From: an uncultured Alphaproteobacteria bacterium
GTDB taxonomy: Bacteria; Pseudomonadota; Alphaproteobacteria; Rhizobiales; Beijerinckiaceae
NCBI GenBank assembly: GCA_963832305.1
Contig: CAWHTU010000008.1
Location: 44,906 to 108,905, forward strand
Reading direction: 5' to 3'
DNA length: 64,000 nucleotides
Shown here: in pieces, positions 57,763 to 64,000 of the stretch
Position numbering within the stretch: position 1 is the first letter of the stretch
Layout of the letters: each line of letters begins with the position of its first letter
Made by a program: the position numbers and the translations under genes
The notes under the pieces: model-generated
Databases searched by the model: none
Seen by the model: the letters and a program-made list of their open reading frames with translations, nothing else
What the model was told of the DNA's origin: nothing

Positions 57763-59145
57763 ATGAATCCCGAAATCACCGCCAATTTCGCTGAAACCAT
57801 GCGCGGCCCCGTGATCGGACGCGGCCATCCGGAATACGACGGTGCGCGAAAGCTCCACAACGCGATGATCGACAAGCGGCCGCTTTTCATCGCCAGATGC
57901 GTCGACGCGGCCGATGTCATCGCGGCAGTGAATTTCGGCCGCTCGCGCAAGTTGCCGATCGCTATTCGTGGAGGCGGGCATAACACGCCCGGTTTTGCCA
58001 GCGTCGATGACGGTTTGGTCGTCGACCTGTCGCTGATGAAGGGTGTCCGAGTCGATCCGAAAAACCGGACCGTCAGGGTGGGTCCGGGTTGCACCACCGG
58101 CGACGTCGATCATGCGACGCAGGCGTTCAAGCAGGCCGTGCCATTCGGGATCATCTCGACAACCGGTGTGGCGGGGCTCGCCTTGAGCGGCGGGCACGGT
58201 TATCTCAGCCGCCTTTATGGCCTGACGGCGGACAATCTCATCGAAGCGGACGTGGTGCTCGCCGACGGCAGCTTTGTAACGGCGTCCGAAGCGGACAATC
58301 CCGATCTACTTTGGGCGCTGCGCGGCGGAGGCGGAAATTTCGGCGTCGTCGTCAGCTTCCTGTTCCGCACGCATCCGGTTGAGACCGTCTATGGCGGGCC
58401 GATTTTCTTCGAGCTTTCCGAAGCGCCGACTGTGATGAAGTGGTTCCGCGACAATCAGCCAAAGCTCCCGGAAGAGTTCTCTATGTTTCTGGGATTCCAT
58501 ATCGTGCTGCCCCAGGATCCTGCCCCGAAGGAGCATTGGTCAAAGAAGACGTGCGTCCTTGTCCTTTCGCATGCGGGCTCGCTCACGGAGGCTGAACGGG
58601 CCGTTGGCGTGATGCGGGCGGCCCTGCCAAAACCGATGATCGATTGGGCGCAGCCGATGCCGTATGCGGCGATGCAGTCGATGTTCGATGAAATGTCGCC
58701 GGCCGGCAACCAATGGTATTTGAGAGGCGACTTCGTCAAGGACTTGCCCGACGCTTCAATCGAGGCGCATGTCGCTTTCGCCGCAAAGATGCCGAGCGAC
58801 TATTCGGCGGTGCATCTCTATCCGATCGACGGCGCCGTGCATCGGGTAGAGCCGGCCTCAACCGCATGGGGTCATCGCGACGCTTCCTGGTCGCTGATCA
58901 TTGCGGGCATCGATCCCGATCCCGCGATGGCCCCAACCCTTAAGGAGTGGACGCTGGCCTATTGGCGTGCGGTCCACCCGTACAATTTGCCTGGCGCCTA
59001 TCCGAATTTCATGATGGACGATGAAGGCGAGGCGCGGGTCAGGGCAGCCTTTGGTCCGAATTACGAACGACTCGCGGCGGTAAAGAAGAAATACGATCCG
59101 ATGAATCTGTTCCGGGTGAACCAGAATATTCGGCCAGCGGCCTGA
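57763..59145 (+). CDS. FAD-binding oxidoreductase, berberine-bridge-enzyme family
   Basis: RGGGHN covalent-FAD motif, GVAGLALSGGHG, ALRGGGGNFGVV, C-terminal YPNF...KYDPMNLFRVNQNI. Confidence 0.9.
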   Translation: MNPEITANFAETMRGPVIGRGHPEYDGARKLHNAMIDKRPLFIARCVDAADVIAAVNFGRSRKLPIAIRGGGHNTPGFASVDDGLVVDLSLMKGVRVDPKNRTVRVGPGCTTGDVDHATQAFKQAVPFGIISTTGVAGLALSGGHGYLSRLYGLTADNLIEADVVLADGSFVTASEADNPDLLWALRGGGGNFGVVVSFLFRTHPVETVYGGPIFFELSEAPTVMKWFRDNQPKLPEEFSMFLGFHIVLPQDPAPKEHWSKKTCVLVLSHAGSLTEAERAVGVMRAALPKPMIDWAQPMPYAAMQSMFDEMSPAGNQWYLRGDFVKDLPDASIEAHVAFAAKMPSDYSAVHLYPIDGAVHRVEPASTAWGHRDASWSLIIAGIDPDPAMAPTLKEWTLAYWRAVHPYNLPGAYPNFMMDDEGEARVRAAFGPNYERLAAVKKKYDPMNLFRVNQNIRPAA

Positions 59146-59172
59146 GCCGTCGTTTCATAAGGGGGGAAGCCC

Positions 59173-59988
59173 ATGCCAATTTTCATGGACCGCCACGACC
59201 CAGCGCCCGGCATCACGGCGGAGCTGGTAGCGGCCGGCCATCAGAGAGACGTCGAAAATCAGGCCAAGTTCGGCGTAAAAATCCGGACGTACTGGTTCGA
59301 TCACAAGTGCGGCGCAGTCTATTGCCTCATCGACGCGCCCGACGCGGCCGCCGCCATCGAGTGTCATCGCGAGTCGCATGGCGAGGCCGGCGTTCCGTCT
59401 ACAATCATTCCGGTCGATCTTGCGGCGGTCGAGGCTTTCCTCGGCCGGACGAAGGATCCGAGCGAAGCCTCACCGTTGTCCGAACGGACGATGCGCGCGG
59501 TCATGTTCACCGACATCGTCGGCTCGACGGAGATGACGGCGCGTCTGGGCGACGACGCCGCGCTCAAACTGGTGCGAGCGCACGACGAACTGGTGAGGCG
59601 AGCGCTCAAGACCCACGGCGGCCGCGAGATCAAGCACACTGGCGACGGGATCATGGCCGCCTTCGACAAGACGCCCGACAGCGTGCTCGCGGCCGCCGAA
59701 GTGCAGCGCCAGCTTGTCGCATACAACGCCCTCGCGCCCGAGCCCTTGCGGGTCCGGATCGGCATTCATGCCGGCGAGCCGGTCGCGGACCACAACGATC
59801 TTTTCGGCGCGACAGTGCAACTGGCGAACCGGCTATGTAGCGGCGCGGAGGGCGGCAGCATCGTTGTCTCTGAACTGGTGCGGGGTCTGTGCGAGGGGGA
59901 TGCGGCGCGCTTCGAGCCACTCGGGGAGTGGCAGCTGAAGGGCTTCGCCGAGATGATTCCGGTGTTTCGGTTCGAGTGGTGGAAATAG
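59173..59988 (+). CDS. DUF4242 (SCO4226-like) domain fused to a class III adenylate/guanylate cyclase
   Basis: N-terminal MPIFMDRH...YW...YCLIDAP...H...HG, then MFTDIVGST, KHTGDG, RIGIHAG, FGATVQLANR. Confidence 0.85.
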   Translation: MPIFMDRHDPAPGITAELVAAGHQRDVENQAKFGVKIRTYWFDHKCGAVYCLIDAPDAAAAIECHRESHGEAGVPSTIIPVDLAAVEAFLGRTKDPSEASPLSERTMRAVMFTDIVGSTEMTARLGDDAALKLVRAHDELVRRALKTHGGREIKHTGDGIMAAFDKTPDSVLAAAEVQRQLVAYNALAPEPLRVRIGIHAGEPVADHNDLFGATVQLANRLCSGAEGGSIVVSELVRGLCEGDAARFEPLGEWQLKGFAEMIPVFRFEWWK

Positions 59989-60177
59989 AACTACAGCCGC
60001 AGCAATCATCGTCCGCTCGAGTTCGAACTCAATGCCTCCTCCACCATCTCAGCGAACGTCCGCAATGTCGCGCATTGCGGTCGCCATTGGGTCGGCATTG
60101 AAAGAGCCGCTTCCCGCCCAAACCGGTCGCCGCCTCGTTAGACGATCGGGGTTGTGACCCTAGAGCCGAGGCGAGGG

Positions 60178-60567
60178 CTACGCCGCGAGCCGCATCGGCC
60201 GCAGCCGGCCGGCAAGATCCATGAGCGCGAGGTGATAGGCGCGCGCGGTCCGGTGGGAGCGGTTGTAGCGCGCCATCACCACGTCGAGCAGCTCGATCAT
60301 GATCTCGCCGTCGACCTCGGCCAGATGGTCAAGCGTAAGAGCGCAGGGATCGAGCGCGCCGACCAGGTTTCCGCGCATGTCCTCAAACTCCGCCATGTCG
60401 CCGCGGATGAGCGCGCGCCAGACCCGGGCGTGGAGGCGGGTCAAATTGCGGGCGAGCTCGTGGTCGCTGATCAGTTTGCGGTAGGCCGCGATCAGCCGAT
60501 CGTAAATGACCGGCTCCGACCATTGCTTAAGACCGGAAAAGCCCTCGGACAGGTCGGCCCACGGCAT
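60178..60567 (-). CDS. Hypothetical all-alpha protein (129 aa)
   Basis: RBS AAGGAG 8 nt before ATG 60567, host-like codon usage, no recognised motif. Confidence 0.7.
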   Translation of the reverse strand: MPWADLSEGFSGLKQWSEPVIYDRLIAAYRKLISDHELARNLTRLHARVWRALIRGDMAEFEDMRGNLVGALDPCALTLDHLAEVDGEIMIELLDVVMARYNRSHRTARAYHLALMDLAGRLRPMRLAA

Positions 60568-60651
60568 GGCGGCGACTCCTTGGCGGCTCGTTTCGCGTCG
60601 CGAATCAGGAGGTTGGCCACGCGAAACGGCACGCAAACTGTTTCATTATCG

Positions 60652-60689
60652 TTAACATATTATGAATCCCCGCAAACAGGTTATCCACA
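60652..60689. promoter_or_regulatory. CtrA-like site and DnaA box
   Basis: Minus strand TTCA-N7-TTAAC (one mismatch to TTAA-N7-TTAAC) at about 60651-60666. Perfect TTATCCACA at 60681-60689. Confidence 0.5.
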
Positions 60690-61111
60690 CAAATCTCCGC
60701 GGCAGGCGCTCTTTTTGCTTGACCTAGCGTAAGGGAAGACGACGGCGCCGTTGAGAAGATCGAGTCGGGTCAAACGGGCCAATCGTGTGAACGGGCCGCC
60801 ATCTCCCTCCGACTGTTGCGTGAAGCAGCCCCATGTCCAATCAAAAATCACCCATCTGGACAGAGGAGGGCCGCGAACGCTGCGCGATCACGGGGCTTGA
60901 GGTTCGGCCAGCCGGCGGGGCCTTCGCAAAGTTTTTGCCAGCGTCCGCTTGCGGAAAATCAGAATCTCGGGTAGGGTGGCCTCAACATGACGCACATCCT
61001 CGGCGACTTTGAAACGACCGGCGGCGACCGATCCGCCCGGAGCCGCGAGCGGCTTTCGCAACCGCGGCGGCGGCGATCAGGGCGAAAAACAAAATGATGG
61101 CCTCGAGTCAC

Positions 61112-61187
61112 CGCAACTCGTTGAAAAGGCTCAAAACGGACAAGGGGGATCCAAGGGAATCAAAGACTTTTTCTTGGAAAGTCTTTG
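61112..61187 (-). repeat. Degenerate intergenic repeat, copy D, with 10-bp hairpin
   Basis: Stem CAAAGACTTT(61161-61170)/AAAGTCTTTG(61178-61187). Reverse-complement core matches copy B at 39/56 with one gap. Confidence 0.65.
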
Positions 61188-61258
61188 CTCAATTTTGCTG
61201 GAGCCCGGGTCGATTTGGGTAAATTTGGATCGGGCTTGGATAGGCTCGACTGGAAGAG

Positions 61259-61723
61259 TCACCGTCCAGCGGCGAACTCGGCCGGGCGAGTCTGGCGGGC
61301 CAGCGCGTCGAGCACAGCGTTGATCATGCCGCTCTCCTCCGGACCGAAGAAAGCGGCGGCGACATCGACGTACTCGGTCACCGCGACCCGCGCCGGCACA
61401 TCGGGCCGATTGCGCAACTCGTAGAACGCCGCGCGCAGGATCGCACGCATGAGCGCCTCGACCCGTTTGAGCGGCCAGCCTTTGGCCAGCGCGTCGTCCA
61501 GCCCGCGGTCGATCGGCAATTGGTCGCGCAGCACGCCCGAGACCACGTCGCGAAAGAACACGAGCTCGGCCGGAGTATACGAATCTCCCTCGATCTCACG
61601 GCCAATCCAATGCGCCTCGAATTCAGCCAGAATGTCATCAAGCCCCTTGCCGGCGATCTCCATCTGGTAGAGCGCCTGCGAGGCGGCCAGGCGCGCGGCC
61701 GAGCGCCGCTCCGATCTCTTCAT
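61259..61723 (-). CDS. nusB: Transcription antitermination factor NusB
   Basis: RSAARLAASQALYQ, LRAAFYEL, TEYVDVA, INAVLD. Confidence 0.96.
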   Translation of the reverse strand: MKRSERRSAARLAASQALYQMEIAGKGLDDILAEFEAHWIGREIEGDSYTPAELVFFRDVVSGVLRDQLPIDRGLDDALAKGWPLKRVEALMRAILRAAFYELRNRPDVPARVAVTEYVDVAAAFFGPEESGMINAVLDALARQTRPAEFAAGR

Positions 61724-62208
61724 CGCCGGGCGAGGCGGCGCTGAAGCGCCGCGAGGCCGAGCGCAGCCCGCGCCGCATCGCCCCCCTTGTCGCCGCGCTC
61801 CGGATCGGCGCGCTCCTCGGCCTGGCCGATCGTGTCGGTGGTGAGAATGCCGTTGCCGAGCGCGAGCCTGCGCGCGACCGACATGTCCATCAGCGCCCGC
61901 GCCGACTCGCCGGCGACGATCTCGAAATGGAAGGTCTCGCCGCGGACGACGCAGCCGAGCGCAATCGCCCCGTCATAAGGTCGCCCGGCCGCCTTCGCAG
62001 CGTCGAGGGCGATCGCCAAGCCGGCGGGAATCTCAAGCGCTCCGGCTACGCTCACGAGATCGTGGGTCGCGCCGGCGGCCTCCAGCGCGCGTGTCGCGCC
62101 GGCGAAGAGGCCGGCGCCGATCGTGTCATAGTAGCGCGCCTCGACGATGAGGAAGCGGCCTCCCTCGAAATGAGGCGCGGGTGCGGCGGCCCGGCGCGGC
62201 TCGGCCAT
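61720..62208 (-). CDS. ribH: 6,7-dimethyl-8-ribityllumazine synthase
   Basis: VAGALEIP, ALGCVVRGETFHFE, GNGILT, KGGDAA. Confidence 0.95.
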   Translation of the reverse strand: MAEPRRAAAPAPHFEGGRFLIVEARYYDTIGAGLFAGATRALEAAGATHDLVSVAGALEIPAGLAIALDAAKAAGRPYDGAIALGCVVRGETFHFEIVAGESARALMDMSVARRLALGNGILTTDTIGQAEERADPERGDKGGDAARAALGLAALQRRLARR

Positions 62209-62290
62209 GGATCAAATCTCTCGAGGGCTGGCTTTGGAACAGCGTCAGTCCTTAATGGTCGGGAGCGGGAGAGGCAAGGTTCGCCGCCCT

Positions 62291-62590
62291 TCACTCGCGG
62301 GGCGAGCGCCAGACACCATAGCGCCACGGTTGCGCCCAGGAAGCGCGCAGGGCGAGCCGCGCCGGCGGCGGATCGTAGCCTGAGCCGCCCCACGGGTGGC
62401 AGCGGCACACCCGCGCCAGGCCCATCCACGAGCCCGCCCACAGCCCGTACCGCAGGATCGCTTCGTCGGTATAGGCCGAGCAGGTCGGCAAATACCGGCA
62501 CTCACGGCCGAGCAGCGACGAGAGCGTGATCTGGTAGAGGCGGATCAGCGCGTGAGCGGCGCGGCGCGGGCCGAGGACGAGCGCGCTCAC
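62291..62590 (-). CDS. yidD: Membrane protein insertion efficiency factor
   Basis: IRLYQ...CRYLPTCSAY...G...RVCRCHPWGGSGYDP. Confidence 0.93.
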   Translation of the reverse strand: MSALVLGPRRAAHALIRLYQITLSSLLGRECRYLPTCSAYTDEAILRYGLWAGSWMGLARVCRCHPWGGSGYDPPPARLALRASWAQPWRYGVWRSPRE

Positions 62591-63045
62591 GACGCCGGCG
62601 CCGCCTCTTGAGCCGTTTCGCGCGCGGCGATCTGACCGAGGGCGTCGACGACAGCGTTGAACGTCAGCAAGGTGGACGCGTGGCGGGCCTTATAGCCGCG
62701 CACCGGCTCGAGCACAGCAAAATCTGCCCATTTACCGACAGGCGGAGGGCCGTCGGCCTTGAGCATCAGCGTCATGTGATCGCGCAGAGCACGCAGCTCC
62801 TCGAACGTCGCGCCGACCACATGGCGCGCCATCAGCGACGACGAAGCCTGACCAAGCGCGCAAGCCTTCACGTCATGGGCGAAATCGACCACCCGCCCGT
62901 CCTTGACGCAAACGTCGACCACGACCGTCGAGCCGCAGAGCCGCGAATGCGCCTTGGCAGTGGCGTCGGGATTTGCGAGCCGCCCAAGCCGGGGAATATT
63001 CGCCGCCAACTCGAGGACACGCCGATTGTAGATCTCGTCGATCAT
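62587..63045 (-). CDS. NifU/IscU-like Fe-S scaffold domain protein
   Basis: SRLCGS, VKACALGQAS, RHAS..L pattern. Usual neighbour of yidD. Confidence 0.85.
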   Translation of the reverse strand: MIDEIYNRRVLELAANIPRLGRLANPDATAKAHSRLCGSTVVVDVCVKDGRVVDFAHDVKACALGQASSSLMARHVVGATFEELRALRDHMTLMLKADGPPPVGKWADFAVLEPVRGYKARHASTLLTFNAVVDALGQIAARETAQEAAPAS

Positions 63046-63146
63046 CCTGTCCCAAACCTCTGTCCGCCCTATATAAGTGACGGGAAAGTCGAAATCGAGG
63101 CCCTGGGAAAGCGCGGGCGAGAGCCGGGCGCGGAAGAGAAACGCGG

Positions 63147-63590
63147 ATGGATAGTGCTGGAGACAAAGCCAAGGCCGGCCCTGCGGCTGGCGAGACAGGC
63201 GATCGCGAGGAGGGGTTGGAGTTCAGGCCAAAGTTCGGCGCAGACGGCCTCGCGACCTGCGTCACGGTCGACGCGTCGCGCGGAGACGTGCTGATGCTCG
63301 CCCACATGAACGAGGCCGCATTGCGGGCGACGCTCACGACCGGCATTGTCCACTATTGGTCGCGCTCGCGCGACGCGCTCTGGCGCAAGGGGGACACGTC
63401 CGGCCAAACCCAGAAGCTGATCGAATTGCGCGTCGACTGCGATCAGGACGCCTTTTTAGCCCTGGTAGAGGTTGGCGGCGACGGCGGCGCCTGCCACACG
63501 GGCCGCCGTTCCTGCTTTTATCGTCGGGTTGAGACGGACGGGGACGCCGCTCGGCTGGCGTTCATCGAATCGTCGATGACCCGCCGCTGA
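63147..63590 (+). CDS. hisI: Phosphoribosyl-AMP cyclohydrolase
   Basis: [39 protein letters not shown]. Confidence 0.95.
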   Translation: MDSAGDKAKAGPAAGETGDREEGLEFRPKFGADGLATCVTVDASRGDVLMLAHMNEAALRATLTTGIVHYWSRSRDALWRKGDTSGQTQKLIELRVDCDQDAFLALVEVGGDGGACHTGRRSCFYRRVETDGDAARLAFIESSMTRR

Positions 63591-63733
63591 CGGTGGGGCC
63601 GCGCCATTGGGAACCAGCGGCCGTCGCGGCGAATTGAACGAGTTGGCGTTAATTATCTGGCGATATCTGGCGCGCAGGCTTAAGTTTCGCAGCGGAAGGC
63701 GAGGCATGCGGCCATTTGCAGGCGAGTTGGGCG

Positions 63734-64000
63734 ATGTTCAGGGCGGCCTATCGCAGAAACGATACTGACCCTGTGCCGGGCGTAGGACGGTCCCGACGGG
63801 CGAAAGTGGGCGTCGTGCTTGGCGCGGGGGCGGCGCGCGGCTGGGCCCATATCGGCGCAATGCAGGAACTGGACGCGCTCGGCTTCAGGCCGGATGTCGT
63901 GGTCGGATCTTCGATCGGCTCACTGGTCGGCGGCTGCTATGCGGCCGGGCGGCTTGAGATGCTGGAGGCTTTCGCCCGCTCGCTGACCAGGAGGCGGGTG
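63734..64000 (+). CDS. Patatin-like phospholipase, 3'-truncated by the window edge
   Basis: LGAGAARGWAHIG glycine loop and GSSIG nucleophile motif. Confidence 0.85.
   Translation, partial: MFRAAYRRNDTDPVPGVGRSRRAKVGVVLGAGAARGWAHIGAMQELDALGFRPDVVVGSSIGSLVGGCYAAGRLEMLEAFARSLTRRRV

Noticed and set aside
60600-61100. Possible replication origin or known structural RNA (RNase P, tmRNA, SRP, 6S)
   Set aside because: Only one DnaA box, and no hallmark sequences of those RNAs were recognised.

Overview
High-GC chromosomal segment of an alphaproteobacterium, probably Hyphomicrobiales (inferred from gene content and the GTTC-N7-GTTC SOS boxes). It holds housekeeping genes (pyrG, tRNA-Ser, hemC, hemA-hemE-hemF, icd, alaS, recA, cobS, dusA, pyrB, topA, rnr, nusB, ribH, yidD, hisI), two sugar ABC systems (one ending in a D-psicose/allulose 3-epimerase-like gene), and accessory secreted proteins (PEP-CTERM, beta-helix, fascin-like repeat). 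Main observations: (1) a complete 2,279-bp IS1595-family element with 24-bp imperfect TIRs, an 8-bp TSD and low-GC cargo, inserted exactly inside one of two LexA boxes of the recA promoter; (2) four diverged copies of a ~56-bp intergenic repeat, three with a 5' hairpin, several lying where canonical gene order is broken; (3) four genes, including recA, each broken by one extra base, most simply read as sequencing error; (4) an intergenic region with CtrA-like and DnaA boxes and many GANTC sites next to an unknown 129-aa gene. No CRISPR array, rRNA or prophage was seen. All family assignments come from motif recognition by eye, not database searches.
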